Positions 39,087 through 51,786 of a stretch of 64,000 bases of DNA are shown one piece after another. Below the pieces are notes generated by a model that searched no databases, was not told the DNA's origin, and saw only the letters and a list, made by a program, of their open reading frames with translations. Within the stretch, counting starts at the first letter, position 1; every line of letters starts with the position of its first letter. The DNA is taken from assembly GCA_964016885.1 (NCBI GenBank), contig OZ024743.1, positions 183,024,001 to 183,088,000 of the forward strand, given 5' to 3'. The translations under genes and the position numbers were made by a program. Origin of the DNA: Eledone cirrhosa (taxonomy: Eukaryota).

Positions 39087-40466
39087 CCCTCTTCCTGCTA
39101 TATCAAGCGTTAACCTAATATATCCCTTCCATATACTGAACCGATTGTGTTGTTATTTCTGTTTCCCTTTTACACACATATATATAATGAGTGAAAGAGT
39201 TATAAAAAAGGAAAAAATTATTTTAAAAAAAAACCCAGAATGTAAAAAAAAAGAAGTCATTCCTTAGTTTCAAAAGGAAAGAACTGCTCACAAGTATAAA
39301 ATGTTGTAAACAGATGTTTTGAAATGCATCTAAAACAGCAGGTCTGAATGTGCGTGTGTGTAATAGCCTCCAGGGTTGGAGAAGTTTTTGGAGACCAAGT
39401 CAGAACTGAATTGGGGCTACTGACCTCCCAGTCAAGCCAGGAGGGGGGGGGGGGGACACACACCTCCAACATCTCGCTTCTGTACAGTCTCACATTCTAC
39501 TGAGTGCACAAGAGAGGCAGTTATATTTTTGACGCAACTAAAGGGTCCTCCCAACTCTTAGCCCGGCACTTTACAGCATATACTGGGTGCATTTATCATG
39601 TAGATTACGAACACTAGAGATGTTGTCATGTCTGATACAACTGAAGGGTCCTCTCAACCCTTTTTAAGACATTGTTTCTACAGCAGGGTGCCCTTCCAGT
39701 TGCTAACTGCCTTACAGGGTGTTTAGGGTGCAACTTCATGGCAGCCAACACTGGAGAGGTTGTTGATCTTTGCCTCAATGGAAGAGCCCTCTCTGCTCTG
39801 TGGAAGGTGGGAATGGGGTAGTGGTAGAAGTATGAAGTTGTGGCGTGGTGTGATTTGACAGGGTGGCATGTATGGAAGGAGAAGGGGGTGACTTTTGATA
39901 ACATAAGGGGAAGGGGATGTGGTGGTGAGAATACCGAAGCAGAGATAGGGGTGGGGAATAGATGGTTTGGTCAATAGCGTGGGTGTGGCATTCAGCATTA
40001 CCAAGAAGGGAGATGTAGTGCGGAGAGGATAGCAAAGAGGTTGGCATGGCTGGAATCGTGGTGTGTAGTGATGGTGGGGATAGCTGCTAGGGAGTGCTAG
40101 TGGAAGGGGGATGGCTTTGTGTATATATAATGATTCTTACATGCAAGATGTATTGCACTACATTAGATTTCAAGGCTAAGGCATGGCAGCCACTGTACAG
40201 ACTACAGTTGCTGCCATGCCTATGCATTGAAACCGTAGGTAGCACAATACATTATGTGTATGAATCATAATAAATTAGCTCTTTTGCAATACATAGAGCA
40301 TTTGTACACTTCCCATAAATATTTTCACTGCATATACACACATACATACATACACACGTGTGTGTTTATGTAGATATACACATTTATGTGTGTATATATA
40401 TATTATATATGTGTGTATATATATATGTGGGTATATATATATGTGTGTGTGTATATATATATGTGC

Positions 40467-40506
<40 letters not shown>

Positions 40507-40520
40507 ATATATATATATAT

Positions 40521-41720
40521 GTGTATGGTAAACGAGTTGGAGTGGTTGATCAGTTTGTCTACCTGGGAAGCACTGTCAATCGATACAGCAACCTTGACAG
40601 TGAAATCCCACTCAGGATTAGGAAAGCAAGTGATGCTTTCGGAAAGCTAGAAAGGCGACTCTGGGGTCGGCGAGATATATGCAAGAAGACAAAGGTAAAG
40701 GTGTACAACGCATGTGTGCTCTCTTCTCTTCTTTATGCCTGCGAGACCTGGGTCACATATCGACACCACCTTAAGCAATTGGAGCGTTTCCATCAGATGT
40801 GTCTCAGACGGATCCATGGCATTCACTGGAGGGACCACATCAGTGATGTCAAGATTTTGGAAAACTCTATGTGTGACAGTATAGAAGCTCTTGTGCTTAA
40901 GCAATGACTCCATTGGAGTGGTCACCTTGCCAGGATGAAGGATTCTAGAATACCAAAACAACTCCTCTATGGAGAGTTAGTTAAAGGAAAACGACCGCCA
41001 CATAAACCAAAAAAGAGGTATAAGGATTCCTTGAAAGCCTCTTTGAAAGACGCTAACATCTCTGCTGATACATGGGAAAATGTTGCTGCTGATCGTAATA
41101 AATGGAGAAAGAGTGTATATGAGGGAAAAGTTGCCTTTGAGGCATCTCGAATTGCATACGAGAAAGTAAAGCGGAATGTGAGGAAGGGCATTGCTGTTGC
41201 ACTTCCAGAGGCGGAGGTCCCCCTATGGTGCTGACATGCAGCGCCTGTGCGAGACTCTGCCTAAGCAAAGCTGAACTCGAAAGTCATCTTCGCAGTCATA
41301 AAATAAGACCAGTGGTTGACTACCAGGCTGCTGTTGGAGATGCTACTTATCATGCTTGCCAAGCATGTGGTAGAGAATGTAAATCAGCAGGAGGGCTCAA
41401 ACGACATGCAAAAGTACATGAACTCCAACCACAGCCGGCTATTCCCAGTGAATGTTTTGGTTGCCGACTCTGTGCAAGACATTTTAGATCATTGGCTGGG
41501 CTAAAAAGCCACATTCGATCGCAGCGCTGATAATTGCTATCGTGTGTGTGTGTGTATAGATATGTTTGTGTGTGTGCGTGTGTATATATATATATATATG
41601 TATATTATTATTATTGTTGTTATTATTATTGTTATTATTATTATTATTATTATTGTTATTATATGTTGTTGTTTTTCTCGTGCAATGACCATACTCGATA
41701 ACAAGGGGGCAGCCATCATG
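40521..41720 (+). mobile_element. 3' fragment of the C2H2-finger RTE family
   Basis: Homologous to 21412-22700. Three CxxC-x12-H motifs lie in 41225-41530, and the 3' UTR contains the same microsatellites. Confidence 0.93.
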
Positions 41721-42184
41721 TGTGTGTATATATGTGTGTGTGTGACCAAAATAAGCACAAAAATAAAAGAAACTATAAATAGAAGCCGAAGTCAATAATA
41801 GGTTAAGGGGAATGGTAAATGGCTTCAGTTGGCTGCAGGAGGTTTCTGTTTTCTTCTCTAGAAACAAGACAATAACAAATTATATATATATAAAAACAAA
41901 TAACGAAACGAAATTAAATTTCGTTTCGTTTGTAACTCACTTTTGTATGACTGACGCTTAAACAATTAAGTTAAAAATGTACATCCACATATGTATACTG
42001 AAATACTAGTATGCATATGAATACACACACGTGTACATATGTAGATGTACCGAGTTTTTCACTGGACACTTTACTGTGAGTGTCCAGCTATTCTGTATGT
42101 AAACACACAGACAAACCGGTTTTTAGAGTCATACTGGTTTTCGAGGAAACACCTTTCCTCTATTCTCCAGAAAGCCAGACAAGG

Positions 42185-42229
42185 AATATTGGACTAGTTT
42201 CGATGTTGTTACATCTCATCAGCAATATT
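42185..42229 (-). ncRNA. Type I hammerhead ribozyme
   Basis: Exact reverse complement of 42741-42785. Confidence 0.88.
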
Positions 42230-42740
42230 TACCTATCTTCCGGCCTTTCTAGAGAATCGTAAAAGCACATATCGTTATATGCTTTTTCTATGAAAATTAG
42301 TAGTGGGCAGACTAATTTGCATAGAGCGTGAGTACGTACCGGTTCAACGGAGACGATAAAAACAAATAACGAAACGAAATTAAATTTCGTTTCCTTTGTA
42401 ACTCACTTTTGTATGACTGACGCTTAAACAATTAAGTTAAAAATGTACATCCACATATGTATACTGAAATACTAGTATGCATATGAATACACACACGTGT
42501 ACATATGTAGATGTACCGAGTTTTTCACTGGACACTTTACTGTGAGTGTCCAGCTATTCTGTATGTAAACACACAGACAAACCGGTTTTTAGAGTCATAC
42601 TGGTTTTCGAGGAAACACCTTTCAGAATAGCTGGACACTCACGCTCTATGCAAATTAGTCTGCCCACTACTAATTTTCATAGAAAAAGCATATAACGATA
42701 TGTGCTTTTACGATTCTCTAGAAAGGCCGGAAGATAGGTA

Positions 42741-42785
42741 AATATTGCTGATGAGATGTAACAACATCGAAACTAGTCCAATATT
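42741..42785 (+). ncRNA. Type I hammerhead ribozyme
   Basis: aatattg CTGATGA gatg taacaa catc GAAA ctag TC caatatt: intact core, 7-bp stem I, G-C closing stem II, palindromic stem III and a GUC site. Confidence 0.9.
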
Positions 42786-43006
42786 CCTTGTCTGGCTTTC
42801 TGGAGAATAGAGGAAAGGTGTTTCCTCGAAAACCAGTATGACTCTAAAAACCGGTTTGTCTGTGTGTTTACATACAGAATAGCTGGACACTCACAGTAAA
42901 GTGTCCAGTGAAAAACTCGGTACATCTACATATGTACACGTGTGTGTATTCATATGCATACTAGTATTTCAGTATACATATGTGGATGTACATTTTTAAC
43001 TTAATT

Positions 43007-43054
<48 letters not shown>

Positions 43055-43056
<2 letters not shown>

Positions 43057-43160
43057 TTAATATAAAAATGGCTTCTACAGGACTAGAACTGTTTCATGAG
43101 TATGGAAGGAGAAGGGGTGACTCAGTTCTAGTTCTGTAGAAGCCATTTGTATATTAAAAT
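43055..43160. repeat. Hairpin with about 36-bp arms and a 32-nt loop
   Basis: tttaatataaaaatggcttctacaggactagaactg pairs with cagttctagttctgtagaagccatttgtatattaaa. Confidence 0.8.
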
Positions 43161-44289
43161 TGATGTTTACACTCTACTAATGATTGAACGCAGGACTCAC
43201 ATACACACTTACATGTATATATATATATCTCACACATAGTCAATTAGATATTTATATTTGTGATAAAAAGTAATTATTTTAATTGTAATAATAATTATGA
43301 TAATGATATTGATAAAAAGGAAAAGGAGATCTTATTGATGTTACAATTAGATTATAATGAAGTATTATTTATAAGGCACACAATTAAATAAAGTATTTTG
43401 TTAATATGAAATGTTATAGCGTTAGGTTGGCTGTGTGAGCAATACCTAGGACGGCTATGGTTAGCAGAGTTATTATATACAACAGTAAGGAAAATCTTGA
43501 CACCTTTTTGATTGCAGAAAAGGCTTCATAATTAGTGGCAGAAAGAAGACGTGAGAAACATTCCTTTCCCAAGAGTATTAACAGTATATGTGATGATGTG
43601 GCATTCATGCCTTTCCCAAGGGTATTAACAGTATATGAGTTGATGTGACATACATGCCTTTCCCAGTGAGAAGTTGTGACATTCATGCCTTGCCAATTGA
43701 AGATGAGACAACTTCAATTATTAATTGAAACATACTGTACAATGAAGAATTTTTGTAATTCAAGGAAAAAATAGTTTATGATATTTCAGTTCAGTTTTAG
43801 AATATTTAACCAACTTACACCAGAAATTGATTCTAACTTCCTTTTACTTTACATTAGCTTAGTCTCTCTCTCTCCCTCTCTCATCATGTGTGTATTGGCG
43901 TGGGATTTCTGATAAATTGGTGCGTCAAACAAAAATATACGTTGTATATTCATTGACATTACACTGATATGGACTTAGCCATTTGATAAATATAGATCAA
44001 TAAAATAAGTAGCAGACAAAAAGAACCTGAGCAGATACATCTTGGGTCTCCGATATCGCCCCGCCACTCCTGCTTATTATATTTTGTTAATCTATCTCCA
44101 GCGAAATCTTATTAGTGGTAACATTCCTGCGACATTTAATTTTCTTGATACATTAAAAAACATTATACATAATAAAAAAAAGTATATTGCTAGAAATCCC
44201 ATACATTATAAAATAAATAAGATAGGTTGGGGTCTCAATATGTAAACTAAACGACAAAATCAACGGAGATAAACTAGAAAAATTACTGA

Positions 44290-44667
44290 CCCAAGCCTAG
44301 CTGTCAGAGAACTTCGTCGACCACACTTCACCTGACATCTGGCCTCCCAGCTCGCCTGACTGCAACCCCCTTGACTGCTTTGTGTGGGGCGCAGTGGAAC
44401 GAGACACCAACAGATCTAGCTGCAATACGAAAGACGATCTGAGGGCCAGGATCACAAGTGCTTTTAGAGGCCTAAGTCAGTGACGAAGGCCTGTAGCCAG
44501 TTCCAAAGCCGCCATCAAAGCCAATGGCGGGTTTATCGAGAGAGATCGAAAGAACAAGTCATGAAGACAAACTGACCCAAGTTTGATAAATATACCTTAA
44601 AAAATAAAACTACTGTGTTACTTTTTCCTACAAGGTAATCTTGGAAACAAATATCGTCCGCACCCTC
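44290..44667 (+). mobile_element. Tc1/mariner (maT/DD37D-like) transposase C-terminal remnant and right end
   Basis: Manual translation gives SENFVDHTSPDIWPPSSPDCNPLDCFVWGAVERDTN...IKANGGFIE. The element ends gcaccctc|TA. Confidence 0.85.
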
Positions 44668-44696
44668 TATATATATATAAATGATGATGATGATAT

Positions 44697-47600
44697 ATCA
44701 TCATCATCATCATCAACGTTTAACGTCTGTGTTCAACGCTTGCATGGGTTTGGACGGGGGTTTTCCCACTTGAGGCAAGAGTGATTGTCTTGCTCGCATA
44801 GGACTGTCTGGCGGGTTTTCTACAGCTGGATGCCCTTCCTAACACCAACCTCATTTACAGTGTGGGGCTGGGAGGTTTTTACTGTGTTGCCTACACGGCC
44901 ACATTACAGCGTAGACTGTGTGTTTTTTTGTCGTGACACCTACACGATCTCATTTGTTTCGGCCTGGATTTTGTGGCACCAACATAACTTTACATAGAAG
45001 GGGCGGTGTGTATGGGGTGGGGGTGGTGAGACGGGGGTGTATTTTGTTAGAGATGCCTACTGGCTGTAGTAGGTTTTACTTTGTATTTAGGTAAGGCGGG
45101 TCTTCTCTATTACTGAGTACCGCCAAAGGTCTCGGTCCAGTGACATTGTCTTGGAGAGGTGTAAGTGTGTGAGGTCAGAATTTATCAGCTCGTCCCAGGT
45201 TTTTCTGGGTCTGCCTACTCCGTAGCTACCGTCTATCTTTATTGCCCTGCACTTTGTTATACAGCTGTCGTCTTTCATGCGCATCACGTGACCATACCAA
45301 CGTAGCCTTCTCTCGAGTAAACAACATCTGATCCCTCTTATTTCTAATTTTTTCCTTAGTTCGCTTATGCTTTGCCGTTCACGTATGTTACTATTACACA
45401 TCCAGCGGAGCATGCAAGCTTCGTTCCTCTCTAGTCTGCGTATATCCTCTGCACACAATGCCCAGGTCTCACTGCCATGCAACATTGCTGTTCGTATGCA
45501 GGCATCATACAACCTGCCTTTCATTCTTAGGGAGAACCCTTTAGCGGCTAATAGTGGTATAAGCTCTCTGAACTTTTTCCAACCAGTTCTGACTATAGCT
45601 ACTGTACTTTCAGAGCACCCTCCCCCACTGCTGATTTTGTCGCCCAGGTAACGGAAGCTGTCCACTATTTCTATAGAACCCTCTGCGCAGCTGAAAGAGC
45701 TAGTATTTTGTGGGCACTTGCTGCTACTTATTGCACCAGAGCACCGGCCACATGTAAAATCTATCTTCTTAGTTAGCTTACCTGTGATCCCACACATCTT
45801 TTATGCACCCATACTTTGCATTTGGGACATAAAATAGAGTTTCTACCTACGCCTTTCCTACACACTGAGCATGGCCATTTCCCAGAGGGGACCGGCGCCT
45901 TATTTTCTTTCCTACAAATTAGAACTTTAGTCTTAGCCAGGTTAATTTTAAGGCCTTTTGATTCTAGGCCGTGCTTCCATGTTTGGAATTTCTTCTCTAG
46001 CTCGGCCATTGATTCAGCTATGAGCGTTAGATCATCTGCGTATAGGAGTTCCCATGGGCAGCCGGTCTTGAACACCTCTGTTATAGCCTGAAGGGCAATA
46101 ATAAATAGCTCTGATGGACACCAACTTTTACGCTAAACTCTTCACTATATTCGTTGTTAATTCTAACCTTGCTGACTGTTTCTTTATACATGGCTTGTAT
46201 AGCTCTCACAAGCCATTCGTCAACACCTAGTTTTCTAAGAGCCCACCAGATAATGGAACGAGGGACTCTGTCAAAGGCTTTCTCCAAGTCAACAAAAGCT
46301 AAGTATAGGGGTTTACTTTTAGCTAGGTACTTCTCCTGTAGTTGTCGTACAAACCCGAACTGCATTTCATCTAGATCAATTCTCTCTCTGATTAGTTGCG
46401 CTATTACTTTTTCCGTGACCTTCATGACCTGGTCAATTAATTTAATGCCTCTATAGTTACACCTATCTAGGGCATCTCCTTTACCCTTGTAACAGTTAAT
46501 GATGATGCTGCTACGCCAGTCCTTCGGAACAACCCCATTCTGTATGACTTGGTTTACTATCCGGGAGACCATGGTGTGTCCCACCGTTCCAGAGGCTTTC
46601 AGCATCTCAGCAACTATTTCCGAAGGCCCAGCCGCCTTACCCGCCTTCATATCTTTGATTGCCTTACTTATTATACTACCTTCGACTCACACTGCTGGTC
46701 CCTCTATTGGGTCGATGTGGGGGAGACTGTCTTTCTCCCATTTATTCTCCTCATTTAGAAGCCTTTCGTAGTGACTCTTCCAAGCTACCTTCTTATCAGC
46801 GTCAGTGATGGCAAGTACGCCTTCATCATTAAGTACACACTTCTCCCCGACAATATCACGGTTTTCCTTGACACATTGCCTAGCAATCCTGAACACCTCA
46901 CGTTGTAGAACATGCTTGAACTTTCTTTCCTCTGCTTCCCTTCTTGCTAAGTACACTTGTCTCCTAGCTTCCCTCCTGGCCACTTGATAGTCTTCTCTAC
47001 TTCCCCCATCCCGCCATACTTTCCAAGCCTGCTTTTTGGCCTTAATTGACTCCTCCACCTTACTGTTCCACCACCATGTTACTCTCCTCCTACCTACAGG
47101 CATGCTCCAGCCACAGACTTCGTCTGCCGCCGTCAAAAGGTTTGCTTTCATGAATTCCCACTGTTCCTCTATATTATACGACTCTAATTGCTCTTCCTTA
47201 CTGTCGAAAGCATCAAGTAATATGCTTTGAAATTTATTTCTGGCTGTGGGGTCCTTTAGCTTCCATATTATTCTCCTGAGGATAGTCCTCTTCTGCTGTC
47301 TAGTACGTCTCGTCCTGACTATGAGGTCGCTAATTATCAGTCTATGTTGGGAGGTGCATTCTTCATGGGGGAGGGATTTAGTGTTAACAACAGACACTCT
47401 GTCACGTCTATCGGTAAGGATATAATCTACCTGGCTTGTGTGTTCCCCCGATCTATAGGTGATCAAGTGATTGTCTCGTTTTTTGAAGTTAGTGTTACAG
47501 ATAGTTAGATTATTTGCGTCACAGAATTCCAGGATTCTGGAGCCTTCCTCATTTCTAGTACCGAACCCATAGCCTCCATGGATTCCGTCATAGCCGTCAC

Positions 47601-48496
47601 AATGTTGTCCAACGTGACCGTTTAGGTCGCCTGCAATAATTATATAGTCACTGTCGGTTATTTGGGAGGTAGCGAGCATCAGTCTCTCATAGAATCTGTC
47701 TTTTATAGCGCCGGGCAGTCCGGATTGGGGTGCGTACGCAGATATTACTGTCACCGTAGTTCTATTGAGGACAAGTCTTATTTTCATTATTCTGTCGTTC
47801 ACTCTATTTACGTCTATTATCTTATCTGCCCACTTTTCTGCTAACATGATTCCTACTCCACCCAGCCCATTGTCATTTCCCACCCAGAAAAGTTTATAGC
47901 ATCGTTCTTTACCCACGATGAATCTAGCAGACCCTCCCCTCCACCTGGTCTCTTGAATACAACAAACATCGACCTCCTTACGTTCAAGCATTTCTACAAC
48001 CTCGTTAGAGCGACCCTTTATGGTGCCTACATTCATGGTACCAACTCTGAAGTTTTGGATTGCGTTTGGAGGGTGGGAGCGGTGGGGAGCGGGGGGGGGG
48101 GGGGTAGCGGAGTTGGGGTTATGTTAGCCATCCGCAGCCGAAACAAGGAGGAGTGCTTGCATTCTCGTCCGGGAGGTGAATTTGTCTTTATCTTTGGCAT
48201 TGTCGCTGAGCGTCCAGATTTTTCTCTCTTCAACTCTCCAGAATTCCGTAGTCCATCATATCGGAAGGCAACCAGGTAAGTGATAGTATAGGCCTCTGAC
48301 TTATGATTGGTCCACGTAATAATGGTGGTGCGTGGGGGCGGGAGGGGAGGGATGTTGGGTAGTTAGCGAGAAGGTAAGGTTATAAATAAAATCCCCGTAT
48401 TTTGGGCATAATTTAACAAACACAAGATTTGTTTTGGAAAATACGATAGAGAAATACGATAGAGAAAATATAGAGAATGGTGAATGAATGGATATA
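44697..48496 (-). mobile_element. RTE family A, near full length, with several short deletions
   Basis: ORFs 46687-48036 (APE), 46081-46650, 45773-46075 and 45087-45797, plus an (ATC)n tail. Confidence 0.95.
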
Positions 48497-49242
48497 TTCA
48501 CACACATATATATATATATACACACATACACACACACACATATATATATATATACACACATATATATATACACATATATATATATATACATATATATATA
48601 TACACATATATATATATATATATACACATATATATATATATACACATATATATATATATATACACATATATATATATATATACACATATATATATATATA
48701 CACATATATATATATATATATACACATATATATATATATACACATATATATATATATATACACATATATATATATACACACATATATATATATATACACA
48801 TATATATATATATATACACATATATATATATATACACATATATATATATATACACACATATATATATATACACACATATATATATATACACACATATATA
48901 TATATACACATATATATATATATACACACATATATATATATACACACATATATATATATATACACACATATATATATATATTCACACATATATATATATA
49001 TACACACATATATATATATATTCACACATATATATATATATTCACACATATATATATATATTCACACATATATATATATATTCACACATATATATATATA
49101 TTCACACATATATATATATATTCACACATATATATATATATTCACACATATATATATATATTCACACATATATATATATATTCACACATATATATATATA
49201 TTCACACATATATATATATATTCACACATATATATATATATT

Positions 49243-49279
<37 letters not shown>

Positions 49280-49546
49280 GTATATATATATATTTATATA
49301 TATTCACATGTATATATATATATTTATATTCACACGTATATATATATATTTATATATATTCACATGTATATATATATATTTATATATATTCACATGTATA
49401 TATATATATTTATATTCACACGTATATATATATATATATATTCACACGTATATATATATATATATATTCACACGTATATATATATATATATATTCACACG
49501 TATATATATATATATATATTCATACATATATATATATATATATATT

Positions 49547-49577
<31 letters not shown>

Positions 49578-49634
49578 TCATACATATATATATATATATA
49601 TATATTCATACATATATATATATATATATATATT

Positions 49635-49670
<36 letters not shown>

Positions 49671-49947
49671 CACATATATATATATATATATATATTCACA
49701 CATATATATATATATATATATTCACACATATATATATATATATATATTCACACATATATATATATATATATATTCACACATATATATATATATATTCACA
49801 CATATATATATATATATTCACACACATATATATATATATTCACACACATATATATATATATATATATTCACACATATATATATATATATATATATTCACA
49901 CACACATATATATATATATTCACACACACATATATATATATATATAT
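48497..49947. repeat. Compound (TA)n microsatellite with a regular 20-bp higher-order block
   Basis: ttcacacatatatatatata is repeated in phase from 49021 to 49260. Confidence 0.97.
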
Positions 49948-50377
49948 GAATGAAGTAATTCCGTCGGAAAAGTTCAGGAAAAAAGAGTGCTCTATGTAGG
50001 TAACAGAGCTTAATAGTTATGTAATAAACAACATAAAGCAATTATTCCATTTACCAGTGGTTTCTTAAAAGCAAAAGATTTTGCTTTCAATCCTCAGAAT
50101 GAAAAAATTCTGGTCTGTTTATTGAATTTGGATTTTAAAAAACATAAATGCAATCTATATGAAAGTGAGGCTAATTAGTTGGAAGTGATATTTTAGTAAG
50201 TAAGTTAATTTTATAATTTTCTTATTTTACGTCTCTCATATTAGTGTTCTGCAACCCCATGCATTGAACCACAAAGTTACTAAGACAAAACCTATATATT
50301 TGCTAGCATTGATATGCATCTGTATGTATATATATGTTACTAGATATTAATTCTTTATATATATATATATATATATT

Positions 50378-50413
<36 letters not shown>

Positions 50414-50468
50414 CATATAAAATAAAGTTAAATAAAAGTCAAATGATTAAAATTTAGCTTCGTTTATT

Positions 50469-50523
50469 ACTGCTATATATATTTCAGTGACAGCCATCTT
50501 TGGCTGTGACCTCTTCAGGCAGT
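50469..50523 (-). ncRNA. Type I hammerhead ribozyme followed by AATAAA
   Basis: The minus strand reads actgc CTGAAGA ggtcacagcca aaga tggctgtcact GAAA tatata TA gcagt aataaa. Confidence 0.78.
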
Positions 50524-51269
50524 TTGAATTAGTATGGTATAGACAAGTACATATGTTGTTTAGGTGTATGATATTGTCAATACTCTGATATGCCCAGTTC
50601 CTTGTTGGGTTGTTAATTCACTGGGGAACTGGAGTCATATGAATTCAAACAAACGAATTTTCGTGTCACAGGTCCCCTTCTCCTCTCATTGGTCAGTTAT
50701 TAGAGCATTCCTCATTCTAAGTGTTGTTATTGTTGGAGTTAGCTTAAAAATTGATAAAATGGTAGAAGGGACAAGGTGTTAAAGGAACAAAATGACAAAA
50801 AAAGTGTCAAACTTCCCATTGTTCAGTTCTGAGAGCATTCCTCAGTCAGAAGTCTATAGAATTCTTTCTGGGGTGAGGCTCCCTGTAGTGTTTTTGCCTG
50901 CTATTGTTCAGTACATTTGACCTCCACCATTATTTTGGTACTGTTGTTGTTGTAGTGGTCAGCTTATATCTTGCTGCTGCTAACAATTTAGAAGTATCCA
51001 GTTTGTGTTTTTTCTTCATCCCTCCCGCCACCATCGTAGTGGTGGTGGTGGGTGGGTGGGGTTCTTTCATGTATATGAAGAAATATAAGGCAATAAATGA
51101 AGAAAACAGAAAATAAATAAATAATATAATAAAATAAAATAATTAATATAATTTGTGTAATTTGAAAATAAATAAATAAATAGAGAATAAAGAATAAAGA
51201 GTAAATGAGAGATTGGTGAAAAAGTAATGATAATGTATATGGAGAAGTGAGAAATAATTGTTTCTACTT

Positions 51270-51440
51270 TTGGCACAAGGCCAGCAATTACCCAGTACAC
51301 TACTGGTACTTTATTTTATCGACCCCGTAAGGATGAAAGGCAAAGTTAACCTCAACGGGATTTGAACTCAAACCGTAAAGGGACGTAACTATGCTAGAAA
51401 GCATGGCGTCCAACCCTCTACTGATACTGCCAATTCACCG
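51270..51440 (-). mobile_element. tRNA-derived SINE with conserved central domain
   Basis: The minus strand reads tggcagtatcagtag...gagttcaaatcccgttgaggttaactttgcctttcatcc...gggtcgataaaataaagtaccag. Confidence 0.75.
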
Positions 51441-51786
51441 AGAAATAATGTAGGATAAAGTGTGTGTGTGTGTGCTATAACCAATCTCAAGGTCAGAATA
51501 TGTTGGATAGATTGGTATGATACAAGATGTTAAGATGAGATATTCAATGTGTTTGTGTTATAATCTATCTCAACTTAAAATAAATATAAGGTGATACAGT
51601 GAAGAGGGCAGAAAACAAATAACAAATTAATAAAGAGAAATCAAGATTTAAGATTGGAACTTGAAAGTCAGAAATCTGGTAAATTAAAAGTGTTTGTGTT
51701 ATAGATGTTGGCCAAATTATTATGGCTGTGTCCGATTCTATCTCTAGGCTATCATGGTGTCTGCTCTGCCTGGGTTGTTCCCTGTG

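Larger units (their letters stand above)
41891..43011. mobile_element. Retrozyme-like or non-autonomous Penelope-like element: 466-bp unit, partial tandem copy and inverted copy
   Basis: 41891-42157 is repeated at 42357-42623. 42638-43011 is the reverse complement of 41960-42332. (TA)n lies on both flanks and there is no credible ORF. Confidence 0.85.

Noticed and set aside
42080-42262. Identical 60-aa ORFs on opposite strands (42080-42262 and 42708-42890)
   Set aside because: A by-product of the inverted duplication, with a GTG start and no recognisable domain.
43555-43700. About 46-bp degenerate tandem repeat (catgcctttcccaag) with a short minus-strand ORF
   Set aside because: Only about three decayed units, probably SINE or LINE UTR debris, with no coding support.
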